Part shown: piece after piece, positions 11,664-21,287 of the stretch
How positions within the stretch are numbered: the stretch's first letter is position 1
Layout of the letters: every line of letters begins with the position of its first letter
From: Polyangiales bacterium
GTDB taxonomy: Bacteria; Myxococcota_A; Polyangia; Polyangiales; Polyangiaceae
Reading direction: 5' to 3'
Length of the DNA: 64,000 nt
Assembly: GCA_038230375.1 (NCBI GenBank)
Contig: JBBRNJ010000030.1
Coordinates: 29,513 to 93,512 of the forward strand
Notes under the pieces: model-generated
Database searches by the model: none
What the model was told of the DNA's origin: nothing
The model's input: the letters and a program-made list of their open reading frames with translations, nothing else
Made by a program: the position numbers and the translations under genes

Positions 11664-12706
11664 TGAGCCTTCATCAGATCCGATCATGCGCGTTCGTGCT
11701 GGTGGTCTTGGCGATGTCAGCGACCGCATCGATCGCGCACGCGGCGCCACCGAAGCTCGCACCCCCGCCGCCCAAGCCTGCAGGCCCGAGTTTGCCCGCG
11801 CCCACCGAGCCCACACTCGCCGACGCGCTCACGGGCGATGCGAAGGCCGACTACGAAGCGGCCAAGGTCTACTTCACCGACAAGGACTACGGGCGCGCGT
11901 ACCTGAAGTTCCAGTCCGCATACGAGAGGTCCAAGGACGCTCGATTGCTGTGGAACATGGCCGCGTGCCAGAAGGAGCAGCGCAAGTACGCCAAGGTCGT
12001 GCCGCTGGTCGAGCAGTACATCAAGGAACGGGGCGACAAGCTGGCTCCCGCCGAACGGGACGGGGCCGACGCGCTGCTCAACGCCATCAAGCCCGGCATC
12101 ACCTCCGTGAAGGTGGACGTGTCGGAGCCCGACGCGGAGATCTACCTGGATGACGAGCTCATCGGAAAGAGCCCGATGACGGTGGGAACGCTGGTGGACC
12201 TGGGGCCGCACAAGCTCCGCGTGAAGAAGACGCTCTTCGACGACTTCGAACAGCAGATGAACGCCGGCGGCGAGGCCGTGAACGTGCTCGTGAAGCTCAC
12301 ACGCACCGTGCACGAGGGGCGCGTCCTGGTGAAGGCCGGCACGGACGACGCGATCTCCATCGACGGAGCCGTCGTTGGGCAGGGCGTCTACTCCGGCAAG
12401 TTCCCGAGCGGCTCCCACGTGCTCCGCGTGAGCGCGCCAGGCATGCGCCCCTATCAGGGCGACGTCGTCATCGTGGACAACGAGACACGAGAGATCCCGG
12501 TCGCCCTCGACCGCGCCGAGACGAAGGTGATCGTGCCCACGTGGGTCTGGTACACGATCGCGGGTGCGGTGATCGTCGCCGGTGGCATCACCGCGACTGT
12601 TGTCATCATCAACGACAACAGCGCCAACAAGACTCAGTACGGGGGACCGCATGGCTCGCTCGGAGACGTGCAGCTCTCACGCCCTCCGCTCGGCTTTCAT
12701 TTCTGA
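11663..12706 (+). CDS. TPR + PEGA domain protein
   Basis: TAATG coupling to the kinase; signal peptide; TPR (YEAAKVYF...LLWNMAAC); PEGA (DAEIYLDDELIGKSP, G.H.LRV); C-terminal hydrophobic helix. Confidence 0.88.
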
Positions 12707-12711
12707 GTGAC

Positions 12712-13869
12712 TCACACCTTCTGCATCAGGCCGCCACAGAGCGTGAGGCCAGGACCGAACGCGAGGCTCACGATGAACGTGCCAGGCTCGCGCGCGGCGC
12801 TGTCATGCATGCGGCTCCAGATGTGCGGCAGCGTGGCAGACGACATGTTGCCGTGATCGCGCAGCACCGCGCGGCTCTCCGTGAGCTGCGCCTCTTCCAG
12901 CGAGAAGACATCGCGCACGGCGTCGATGATCTTCGGGCCGCCAGGATGGACCGCGAAGGCGGCGCGGGGGAGCTCACGGTCGGCATCGACGCCCGCAGCG
13001 GCGAACAGATCGTGGACGAAGGCCAGGAGCGCCCCGCGAATGCGTGCGGGGACGTCGCGCGCGAGGGTCATTGTCATGCCGTGGTCGGACTCCACCCAGC
13101 TCATGCTCTCCGCGGAGTCGTGGATGATGTGCTCGTCCAGTGCCAGAAGCGCAAGGCCGCTCGAGCCGCCGCCGCTCTCCACGGAGTAGCGACAGAGGCC
13201 GTCCGCGAAGAGGCTCTGCACGACCAGCTGCTCGAGCGAATGGACGCTGGGATCCAGATGGAGCGAGCACAGCTCCGTGTGCACGATGTCGACGCGCCGT
13301 GAGGTGGGCGCCTGCCGGGACAGGGAGCCGTGCGCGATGCGCAGCGCGGGAAACGCCGCATAACAGCCCATGTGGTACGCGTGCGTGACATGCGTGTGCT
13401 CACCCCAGCCGCGCGCCGCCACGAGCTCCTGCGCTCCGCTCGGCGCTGCGTAGCCAGTGCAGGTGACGTGGACGATCTCTGCGGGAGCTTCCGCGACGTC
13501 TTGATACGTGTCGCGAAAGTACTGACGGACCACGTCGCGAAAGACGGCGGTCCGCGCGCCCGTACCGGCGCCGCCGGGGCTCCTGGACACGTCGTAGATC
13601 TTCATGGCGTCGGTGCTCTCTGCGCAGATCTCCGCGAGCACGCTGCCGCGACGCGCGATGGCCGACGGGCCGCAGCTGACGCGGGCGATCACGGAGGCGA
13701 GACGCTCCTCGAATGCGATGCGCGCGGCCCGGTCGAGCCCCACGCGCGTGGCCTCTGACAGCGCGTGCGTGCGCGCGAGCCACGCGAGCGACCGCGCCTG
13801 CAAGATCTCGTACTCCGGCCTTCGCACCGAGAAGGAGCGGAGCATGATGGGAGGAGCGCGCATGGACAT
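12712..13869 (-). CDS. Type III polyketide synthase (chalcone/stilbene synthase family)
   Basis: Catalytic triad motifs HMGCYAAF (Cys), VHPGG (His), GNMSSAT (Asn); also HVTCTG, ELCSLH, LFADG, AFGPGLT. Confidence 0.92.
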   Translation of the reverse strand: MSMRAPPIMLRSFSVRRPEYEILQARSLAWLARTHALSEATRVGLDRAARIAFEERLASVIARVSCGPSAIARRGSVLAEICAESTDAMKIYDVSRSPGGAGTGARTAVFRDVVRQYFRDTYQDVAEAPAEIVHVTCTGYAAPSGAQELVAARGWGEHTHVTHAYHMGCYAAFPALRIAHGSLSRQAPTSRRVDIVHTELCSLHLDPSVHSLEQLVVQSLFADGLCRYSVESGGGSSGLALLALDEHIIHDSAESMSWVESDHGMTMTLARDVPARIRGALLAFVHDLFAAAGVDADRELPRAAFAVHPGGPKIIDAVRDVFSLEEAQLTESRAVLRDHGNMSSATLPHIWSRMHDSAAREPGTFIVSLAFGPGLTLCGGLMQKV

Positions 13870-13901
13870 GCTTGGATGTTCGGGAGAGCGAGAGGTTGCG
13901 G

Positions 13902-15014
13902 TCAACCGAAGGTGTAGAGGGCGACGAAGCCCTTGAGGTCGCCGACGGCGATCATGCCGGGGCCAGCCCCGAGCGCGCTCACGGTCTTCATGTCTCTGGG
14001 TAGCACGCCCTTGGCCACGCGCTTGCCCGCCAGTAGATCCCACAGCTCCAGGCTCCCTTTCGCAAACGCGTCGCGTGCAGTGTTTCCGGCGCAGGCCACG
14101 TGACGAGCATCCCCCGCGTATGCGAAGTGCATGGAGCCCTTGCCCGCGACGATCTCGCGCGGGCGCGGGGCGGCCTTGCCCGTGGTGAGCGAGCATGACG
14201 TCACGATGGCGTCCTGCGAGCCGCTCGAAGCAACCGTGAGCGCGTCGCCCATGACGAAGGCCTCTTGCACGCGGATCTTGCTCCAGGCGCCGGCGAGCGA
14301 CTTGCGGGTCGCGACGTCCCACACATGCACGACCTCCATGGCGGGGGACTCGTAGAAGATGCGCGTGCCGGTGGCGTCGAAGGCGAGGCTGGTGATTCCG
14401 TTGTCGTGCTGGCGCCCGATGCGCAACGTGCCGCCCTGCAGCTTCTGGCCCTTTCCGGTACGCAGGGTGAGGACACGCGCCTCGCCCGTGAAATATGCGT
14501 GCGCAACGAGCTCCTCGTCCGGTGAGAGCGCGGCGTGAAACGGGAGCGGCACCTTGCCGAGCGGATGCTCTGCGACCTTCTTCCCGGCATGGTCGAACAG
14601 AATTGCGGAGTACGCGGTCTTCTGCTTGCGAATGCCGAGCACACGGCTGCGACCAATGGCCGCGATGCTGATGTTGTCATCGGGCGTGCAGGTGGCGAGC
14701 GCGCCGATCTTCTTTCCACTGGCCAGGTCGCAGAGCCACACGCTCCACTGGTAGCGACCGCCTACTGTCTTGCCGCCGCTGGAGACCGCGGCGATCGTCC
14801 CGCCAGGGTCGAGCGGGCCCACGCTGCTGTCCTCTGCCAGCGTGGTGATCTCCTTCCCGCTCTTCGCGTCGGCGATGAGCGTCCCTTCTCCACCGCGCGA
14901 GATGAGCAGACGCTTTGCCCCGGCCGCGAACGTGAGACCAGAGATCCGGCCGGAGAGCGGAAGGTGCTTCGCAAGGGTGAGCTTCACGCGCTCATTGTTG
15001 CCCTGGGGCGCCAT
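13902..15014 (-). CDS. WD40-like beta-propeller protein
   Basis: Repeats such as ITSLAFDATG, VHVWDVAT, LELWDLLAG, ALSPDE; start uncertain. Confidence 0.7.
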   Translation of the reverse strand: MAPQGNNERVKLTLAKHLPLSGRISGLTFAAGAKRLLISRGGEGTLIADAKSGKEITTLAEDSSVGPLDPGGTIAAVSSGGKTVGGRYQWSVWLCDLASGKKIGALATCTPDDNISIAAIGRSRVLGIRKQKTAYSAILFDHAGKKVAEHPLGKVPLPFHAALSPDEELVAHAYFTGEARVLTLRTGKGQKLQGGTLRIGRQHDNGITSLAFDATGTRIFYESPAMEVVHVWDVATRKSLAGAWSKIRVQEAFVMGDALTVASSGSQDAIVTSCSLTTGKAAPRPREIVAGKGSMHFAYAGDARHVACAGNTARDAFAKGSLELWDLLAGKRVAKGVLPRDMKTVSALGAGPGMIAVGDLKGFVALYTFG

Positions 15015-15092
15015 TCTGCGCGATGGACAAAATGCAGAACGCGCGCTTCCGTGGGGAAGCACGCGCTGCTCATGCAACCGGGGCGTTCGTGC

Positions 15093-15356
15093 TCAGCCGA
15101 GCGCGTGGACCTGCGCCGAGAGGCGAGAGATCGTTCGGGAGGCGGCCTTCGTGTGGACGACGCCCTTCTGCGCGCCGGTGTCGAGCGCGCTGATCGCACG
15201 CTGGAGTGCCACCTTCGCGGCAGCCTTGTCCTTGCCGGCAATCGCGGTGCGCACCGACTTGACGATGGTGCGGACGGTGCTGGCCACGGCGCGGTTGCGG
15301 GTGGTTCGCGTGATGCGTTGACGGTTGCGCTTCTCGGCAGACGGGTGATTGGCCAC
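15093..15356 (-). CDS. rpsT: 30S ribosomal protein S20
   Basis: MANHPSAEKRNRQ...RNR...KGVVH.KAASR.ISRL; GTG start with GAGGA RBS. Confidence 0.97.
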   Translation of the reverse strand: MANHPSAEKRNRQRITRTTRNRAVASTVRTIVKSVRTAIAGKDKAAAKVALQRAISALDTGAQKGVVHTKAASRTISRLSAQVHALG

Positions 15357-15404
15357 GATGATTCCTCAGGAAGGTCCACCCTCAGGTCGGGGGCGGGGAC
15401 GCGC

Positions 15405-15432
15405 ACATTAGAGCGAATTCCGACGATGTCAA
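15405..15432 (-). promoter_or_regulatory. Sigma70-type promoter of rpsT
   Basis: TTGACA-N16-TAATGT on the minus strand, about 50 nt upstream of the start. Confidence 0.65.
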
Positions 15433-15482
15433 AGCGATTCGTCGGCACGAGAGAAACCAGGTGATCTTGCTATGCTTCGGTC

Positions 15483-15965
15483 ATGTGCCTGATGCTCTGG
15501 ATGGGGACGACGCATCCCCTGCCCGCGCGAGACCGGTGCGCCCCTGGTGCGGCGCCGGACGCGGCCCTGGGTTACGCGTGTGTGGAGCATGTGGCGGCAG
15601 AGGCGGCGGTCCGCAAGCGATTCTCGTCGCCGCATGTCGCGTATGTGGGGTCGCATGAGGGGTGCGGGTGCGGGTTCGAATCGAACGGGCTCGACTTCGA
15701 CGGCGTGGACACGACCGAGCTCGCGATGGAACTGCTGCCCGCGATGAACGAGGAGGAGCAAGCGGAGTTTCTTGCCGAGCAGCGCTCGCGGGCCTGGCTC
15801 CGGGCGATGGTGGAGAGCGCCCGCGCCGATGGTCCCGTGGAGCTGTTCGCATGCTGGGCCGGCGACGAGTGCGAGCCTGCGCTGCATGAGCACGTGATCG
15901 ATCCCGCAGACCTGACCAGGAGCACTGCCCCGCTGGCCGAACGCGCTCACTACGTGATCCGCTAG
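15483..15965 (+). CDS. Hypothetical protein with Cys motifs
   Basis: Fills the gap between genes; YVGSHEGCGCGF and ELFACWAGD motifs; TATGCT 6 nt before the ATG. Confidence 0.7.
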   Translation: MCLMLWMGTTHPLPARDRCAPGAAPDAALGYACVEHVAAEAAVRKRFSSPHVAYVGSHEGCGCGFESNGLDFDGVDTTELAMELLPAMNEEEQAEFLAEQRSRAWLRAMVESARADGPVELFACWAGDECEPALHEHVIDPADLTRSTAPLAERAHYVIR

Positions 15966-17120
15966 TCAGGGCCGTCCGACCCACGCTCCCGCGACCGCGA
16001 GGCTCAGCGCGATGGGTGAGAACGCGAGCGCGAAGACCAGCGCGACCGGGGCCGCTGCGCCGAGCGCCACCATCGTGAGGACGAGCGCGACCGCTGTGGC
16101 GAGCGCCGGCTCGAGCAACGTGTGCAAGCTGGAGGCCTTGGCGATGAGGTAGCCGCTCAGCGGGAAGGCCGCCAGAAGGCCCGAGCCGAGCAACGCCACG
16201 GGGCCGGTGGTGGTGACGTCCGATTCGTCCACGCGCGAGAAGTCGACCTCGGCGTAGTGACCGAAGATCACGGCGAGCGCGATGCCGGTGAACATGGCGC
16301 CCAGCGTGACGAGTGTCCCGAAGGCGACCCAGCGCAGCGTGAGCGGCTGCCCGTCCTTGCGCATGGCCTCCTGCACGGAGCGGAGGCTGGGCGGCGCCGA
16401 GAGGTACTGCATGCTCACGCGCTCGAGCAAGCCTGACTGGCGACCCTCGCGCGAGTCCCCGCGCGACTTCAGATCGCGGTAGCCGAAGAACGTGAGCAAC
16501 GCCATGGCGAGCAGCAGCGGCACCACGCCCACCATCGCGGCAGCGCCACGGCCGAGCACCAGGTGGATGTAGAGGCCGTGCGAGAAGGTGGCCGCGATCC
16601 ACGCGAGCACGAAGAGCGAGCCCACGGACTTCTTCTGCTTCACGCGCCCGAGCGCATAGCCCCACACGCAGGCGAAGAACACGTTCGCCACGAGCGAGAG
16701 CACCGCGCGCAGCCCCCACACCAGGCCGAAGGGATGGTTCTGGAACATGTGTGCACTCTGCACGCATGATGCGCCCAGTGACGCCGCGGCCGCGTACACG
16801 ACGCCATCCAGGGGCTCGTCGAAATGACGTGAGCGGAACGCGGGCCACATGGCCATGACCTTCGCGAGCTCGCGCACGGGCGCGACGAACGCAAAGATGA
16901 AGAGCAGCGCGCCGGCGTTGCCCGCGACGTCAGAGCGAAGGTCCAGGCCCGTCCACGCCTGCGCGCGCTTCTGCAGGTAGATCGCGCCGTAGCCGGTGAT
17001 TCCGCCCAGGACAAAGGTGGGCACCACCACGTACCAGGGCTCTCGCCGACGATCGCTCGCGTAGACGACACCGAGCAAGAGGAGGCTCGGGACGAGGGCG
17101 GGCAAGAGCCAGCTCAGCAT
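15966..17120 (-). CDS. PrsW-family multi-TM protein with degenerate catalytic motifs
   Basis: DRRREP, FDEPLDGVVYAAAASLG and HGLY are PrsW-like; multiple TM helices. Confidence 0.8.
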   Translation of the reverse strand: MLSWLLPALVPSLLLLGVVYASDRRREPWYVVVPTFVLGGITGYGAIYLQKRAQAWTGLDLRSDVAGNAGALLFIFAFVAPVRELAKVMAMWPAFRSRHFDEPLDGVVYAAAASLGASCVQSAHMFQNHPFGLVWGLRAVLSLVANVFFACVWGYALGRVKQKKSVGSLFVLAWIAATFSHGLYIHLVLGRGAAAMVGVVPLLLAMALLTFFGYRDLKSRGDSREGRQSGLLERVSMQYLSAPPSLRSVQEAMRKDGQPLTLRWVAFGTLVTLGAMFTGIALAVIFGHYAEVDFSRVDESDVTTTGPVALLGSGLLAAFPLSGYLIAKASSLHTLLEPALATAVALVLTMVALGAAAPVALVFALAFSPIALSLAVAGAWVGRP

Positions 17121-17135
17121 GTGCAGGGACGGAGG

Positions 17136-18434
17136 TTAGCGCGGAAGGCCCGCGTCCCCAAGAAACCGGGGGGTGGCGGCGAGCCGCTGGATGGTCGCGT
17201 AGCGCGCAGACACGCGATCGAGGCCCAGCGACGACACGAATGAAGTGAACGCGAAGTAGGGGAGCAGCGTGGTCCACTCGCGCAGCCATCGCGGCCGGTA
17301 GCGCGGGCGCGGCAACACGCCCAGGGCGCGAAGCTCGATCAGCGCGCCAAGGTCCTCGAGCGCGAAGCGGCCGCACACCAGCATCTCGCACTCGTCGCGG
17401 TGCCCCTCGCGTACGAACGCCTCCAGGAAGGCGATCACGTGCAGCAGCCCGGCCAGGTAGCAGGCGTCCTTCGTGAACGGCGCCCCGCCTGCGGGTGAGC
17501 CACCGCGGAAGATGCGTGCAGTATCCAGGTAAGCGTCGCCGGGCGGGACGCCTTCTTCGCGCACCAGTACGCGGTACACTTCCAGGAAGTCCGCGCCGTC
17601 CTCCGCCATGGCCACGAGCTTCACGCGCAACGCGAGGCGACGCAGGCGCGGCACCGCGAGCGCGTGATGGTAGTGCTCCGCGAAGACCGCGAGCCCCTCC
17701 TGTGTGGGGGTGGAGCGTGGCCCTCCCGCCTTGAGCAACGCGCCGTATGGACCGCGTCCGCCGTTGAGTGCCGAGTATGCGTGCGTCTCCACCTCGTGCC
17801 GGTACAGCCCCTCTGCCTCCCACGCGGTGAACGTGGCGCCGGGCCGGACGCGCACGCGACGACCACCGGCTATGGCCTTCGAGGTGCACGCGGGATCAAG
17901 GATCACCTTGATGGGCACCTTGTGCCTGTCGATGCGGGTCTGCAGGAATTTTTGCAGCCCGCGCGCGTCCATGGCGCGGTCGCTGGTGGCCACGGTGTCG
18001 TCCCAGCCGTGTACCTCCAGACGCGCGAGGAGGTGAGTGGCAAGGTCCAGGTTGGAGCGACCCAGGCCGAAGAACTTCGAGCGCGCGCCGCCGTACACGT
18101 CCTTGGAGACGCGACCGAAGTCCTTCGTGCCGACCGCGAGCAAGAGGCGCGTCTTGTCCATCGCGGAGCCGATGACGTTCGCAAGCCAGCGCGGAATGGG
18201 TCCCTCGCCCTTCACCGTGCGCGCGAGCGCGTGCAGGAGGCGGAGCTCCTCTTCGAGTGGCGCGCGGTCTGTCTGGTACGTCACACGCGGGAGCTCTTCC
18301 GCCTTGGCCGCGAAGAATCGCGCCTCCACGTCGCGCGGCCACGCCACGTCGTCGAGCAGGCTCGACTTCGTCCGGATGCCAGAGAGCCCAATCGCTACAC
18401 GATCGAGCATCGCCCTTGCGGACGAGCGCTTCAC
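17136..18434 (-). CDS. DUF1704 / QEGLA-motif metallopeptidase (MATCAP-like)
   Basis: HEVETH (HExxxH), TQEGLAVFAE, RIFRGG, FTKDACYLAG. Confidence 0.88.
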   Translation of the reverse strand: MKRSSARAMLDRVAIGLSGIRTKSSLLDDVAWPRDVEARFFAAKAEELPRVTYQTDRAPLEEELRLLHALARTVKGEGPIPRWLANVIGSAMDKTRLLLAVGTKDFGRVSKDVYGGARSKFFGLGRSNLDLATHLLARLEVHGWDDTVATSDRAMDARGLQKFLQTRIDRHKVPIKVILDPACTSKAIAGGRRVRVRPGATFTAWEAEGLYRHEVETHAYSALNGGRGPYGALLKAGGPRSTPTQEGLAVFAEHYHHALAVPRLRRLALRVKLVAMAEDGADFLEVYRVLVREEGVPPGDAYLDTARIFRGGSPAGGAPFTKDACYLAGLLHVIAFLEAFVREGHRDECEMLVCGRFALEDLGALIELRALGVLPRPRYRPRWLREWTTLLPYFAFTSFVSSLGLDRVSARYATIQRLAATPRFLGDAGLPR

Positions 18435-19405
18435 TAGAATCCGAAGTGCAGACCGAGTCGCACTCCGCCCATGAAGCCGAAGCCGTAGCTGTCACCGGAC
18501 TGCTGATAGAGCGGGCTCGCCTGGACCGCCGCCTGCTGGTCCGCAGGCACCTTGGAGATGTCGAGCTTGGGGCGATGGAGGGAGAGAAAGTCGCCGCTCA
18601 CGCCCGCGCCGATCGAGAACATGGGCACCAGGTAGTAGTCGAGCCCGGCGTCGAGACCCGCGTTCCAGCCGCGCACCGTGAAGTCGCCACTCGCAGCCTG
18701 GTTGTCAGAGCTGAGCGCCGCGTGATCGAGCGAACCCAGAAAGTCGTAGCCGCCGTGCGCCATGATCGAGATGTCGAAGAGCTTCACGGGGAACTTGAAG
18801 CCCGCCTCGGCATTGAGCTGCCACAGGCCGAACGACGAGAGCTGGTTCAGGCGTGCGCGGAGGCCGAATGCGAGCACCACGAGGCGGATGCCGGCGCCGA
18901 GACTGAACCCAGGGCCGGCGGACTGCGTCTGCTTGAGGCCGAACGAGGTCGTGTCCGCGTTCGACGCGAAGGACGTCATGTTGACGTACGACGCGCCGAC
19001 ATCCGCGTTCACGTACACGAGCTCGAAGTTGCGGCCGTCGTCGGCCTTGTCCGCCGCCTCGAGCTGCGCCTTGGTGCCCGCGGCTCCATCGGGCGTTGTG
19101 GTTGCGTTCGGATCCATGGGCGGGGGCGGAGCGAGCCCGTTGCCTGCAGGAGGGGCACCGGTTCCCGGCATGGGCTGATTGCCCGGCACCGGTTGTCCAG
19201 GCTGTCCGGGCTGCATCGGTTGCATGGGCTGCATCGGCTGCTGCCCCGGCGCCGGCTGTGTGGGCTGCGTACCAGGCATGGGCTGCATCGGCTGCATGGG
19301 CTGCATGCCTTGAGCAAACGCGCTCGAGGACCACAGCACCGAGACCGAAGAGGCGCCGAGCACCGACGCGCAGAGAAAGAACGTGTATAGTGCAGTCTTG
19401 TTCAA
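18434..19405 (-). CDS. Exported protein with MQP-rich N-terminus and outer-membrane beta-barrel-like C-terminus
   Basis: Signal peptide ending AFA; (MQP)n tract; amphipathic strands ending GLHFGF; overlaps both neighbours. Confidence 0.75.
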   Translation of the reverse strand: MNKTALYTFFLCASVLGASSVSVLWSSSAFAQGMQPMQPMQPMPGTQPTQPAPGQQPMQPMQPMQPGQPGQPVPGNQPMPGTGAPPAGNGLAPPPPMDPNATTTPDGAAGTKAQLEAADKADDGRNFELVYVNADVGASYVNMTSFASNADTTSFGLKQTQSAGPGFSLGAGIRLVVLAFGLRARLNQLSSFGLWQLNAEAGFKFPVKLFDISIMAHGGYDFLGSLDHAALSSDNQAASGDFTVRGWNAGLDAGLDYYLVPMFSIGAGVSGDFLSLHRPKLDISKVPADQQAAVQASPLYQQSGDSYGFGFMGGVRLGLHFGF

Positions 19406-19629
19406 GAGAGCTCCCGGTCGCTGGATCCTGTAGGTACGTTGCCGTCGCTCGTTCCGGATTCATCGCCTTCGCCGCTCTCGCCGGTTGCGCCGGCGGGCAC
19501 GCGATATACCTCGTTCAGCCACTTGCCCAGGTCCACGGTCTTGCACCGCGTGCTGCAGAAGGGAAACGCCGCGTTCGTCTTTCGAGGCGCCGACGCCTTC
19601 CTGCAGGTCGGGCACTGAGCCGAAGTCAT
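19402..19629 (-). CDS. yacG: DNA gyrase inhibitor YacG
   Basis: CPTC...FPFCSTRCKTVDLGKWLNEVYRVP. Confidence 0.92.
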   Translation of the reverse strand: MTSAQCPTCRKASAPRKTNAAFPFCSTRCKTVDLGKWLNEVYRVPAGATGESGEGDESGTSDGNVPTGSSDRELS

Positions 19630-19655
19630 GGGGTCGATGATAGCATCACGGTCGG

Positions 19656-21287
19656 ATGAGTGAAGCGCGGATGCCCGCACGCAGCCCTTCGACGCGAAGG
19701 GCGCGTTCGACGCCGGCGGCCTGGCCTCGCGCGGCGGTCTCCGTGTTCCTGCTCTTGTCCATGCTGGTCGGCGCGTTCCTCGGTGATCGGTACATCTCGC
19801 GCCTCCCGAACCACGCGGGCTATTTCCTGGTCGCAGTGGAAGACCACGTGCGCGCGCCGATGGTCACGCCGCGACCCAGGCACACCGTCGTGATCGTCGT
19901 GGATGGGCTGCGCATGGACTCCGCGGAGACGATGACGTCCACGAAGCGGTTGCTCGAGCATGGGCAGTGTCGCGTGTCGGACCAGGGCGGATACACGGTG
20001 TCGCGCCCGATCTATGCGCTGCTGTCGACGGGGCTGGAGGTGGACCGAACGGGCTCACGCAACAACGACAGCGCGGCGCCGCTGGTCGCGGAGTCCATCT
20101 GGCAGGTCGCGCGCGAGGCGGGCCTGCGCGTGTCGGGAAGCAGTCATCTGCCGTGGTTCCGCGAGCTCTTTCCCGACGGCTTCGATCGCTTCACGCTCGC
20201 CAGGTCGCACGAGGACGACGTCTTCGCGACGCCGGAGGGCCTGCTCGACGTGAACCTGTTCCACCCGCTCTACGTCGATGAGGCCGGACATCAGACCGGC
20301 GCGGCGTCCCCGGAGTACAAGGCGACCGTGGCGCGCGCGGATGTCGAGATCGGGCGGCTGCTCGATCGGCTGGACCTCACGCGAGACCTGGTGGTGCTCA
20401 CGGCGGACCACGGGCACCGCGACGCTGGAGGCCACGGCGGTGCGCAGCCGGAGATCGCGCGCGTGCTCACGTGCTTCGCGGGCGCGCGGATCGAGAAGCG
20501 CGATGACAGGCTCGCGATGGACGCAAGAGCGACCGCGCCTTCACTCGCAGTGCTCCTGGGTCTCCGGTTTCCGCGTCACATGCGCGCGGGCGACGACGTG
20601 CTCGACCAGGGCTTCGCGTGGACGGTCGACGACGCGAGCGACACGGCGTATCTCGCGGATCGCCACGAGGCGGTCGCGCGTTTCCGCGCGGAGAACGCCG
20701 CGGCGCTCCAGAGATGGCTTGGCGATGCACCGGGTACGTGGCCACGGCTGTACGCGCGAGAGGAGGCCGCGCAGACAAAACGCGCCGCGGCGATCCTTGC
20801 GCTGGGCGTTGTCCTTCTACTCGTTCGGCTCTGGCAGACCACACGTGCGACCGGAGTCGGTTGGGGAAGGGCGGCGCTGGTAATGCTCACGTGGCTCCCC
20901 GCGCAGGTCGGGACGATCTGGATCGCGCATCAGCTTGTGCTCGGTGACTTCGACTACACGGTGATCAACCTGAAGGCGCGCTACGTGCCGCGCGCGTTCG
21001 CCGTGGTCCTGCTCGCGGGCGGCTTCTCGTCGTTCGCGAGCTTGAGACAGGGGCGCACGTGGGCGGGGATCGCGGACAACGCGGTCACGTTCTGTGCGCT
21101 GCTGCTTCTGTGCAACCTGGGTCACATCTTCGTCTACGGGTGGCCGCTCGGGTTTCCATTGCCGCCGCCCGCGGCCCGGTATTTCCCGTTCTTTGGTGCC
21201 ATCGCGCAGGTGGGGTTCGGTGTGCTCGCGCTGGTCGCGATGGGCATGGCTGCTCGCGCGCGCGGGCGCGGCTCAGGTCGGCGTTGA
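19656..21287 (+). CDS. Alkaline-phosphatase-superfamily membrane enzyme (GPI ethanolamine-phosphate-transferase-like)
   Basis: VIVVDGLR, TVSRP, DEAGH, TADHGH, GGHGG; N-terminal TM and several C-terminal TMs. Confidence 0.8.
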   Translation: MSEARMPARSPSTRRARSTPAAWPRAAVSVFLLLSMLVGAFLGDRYISRLPNHAGYFLVAVEDHVRAPMVTPRPRHTVVIVVDGLRMDSAETMTSTKRLLEHGQCRVSDQGGYTVSRPIYALLSTGLEVDRTGSRNNDSAAPLVAESIWQVAREAGLRVSGSSHLPWFRELFPDGFDRFTLARSHEDDVFATPEGLLDVNLFHPLYVDEAGHQTGAASPEYKATVARADVEIGRLLDRLDLTRDLVVLTADHGHRDAGGHGGAQPEIARVLTCFAGARIEKRDDRLAMDARATAPSLAVLLGLRFPRHMRAGDDVLDQGFAWTVDDASDTAYLADRHEAVARFRAENAAALQRWLGDAPGTWPRLYAREEAAQTKRAAAILALGVVLLLVRLWQTTRATGVGWGRAALVMLTWLPAQVGTIWIAHQLVLGDFDYTVINLKARYVPRAFAVVLLAGGFSSFASLRQGRTWAGIADNAVTFCALLLLCNLGHIFVYGWPLGFPLPPPAARYFPFFGAIAQVGFGVLALVAMGMAARARGRGSGRR

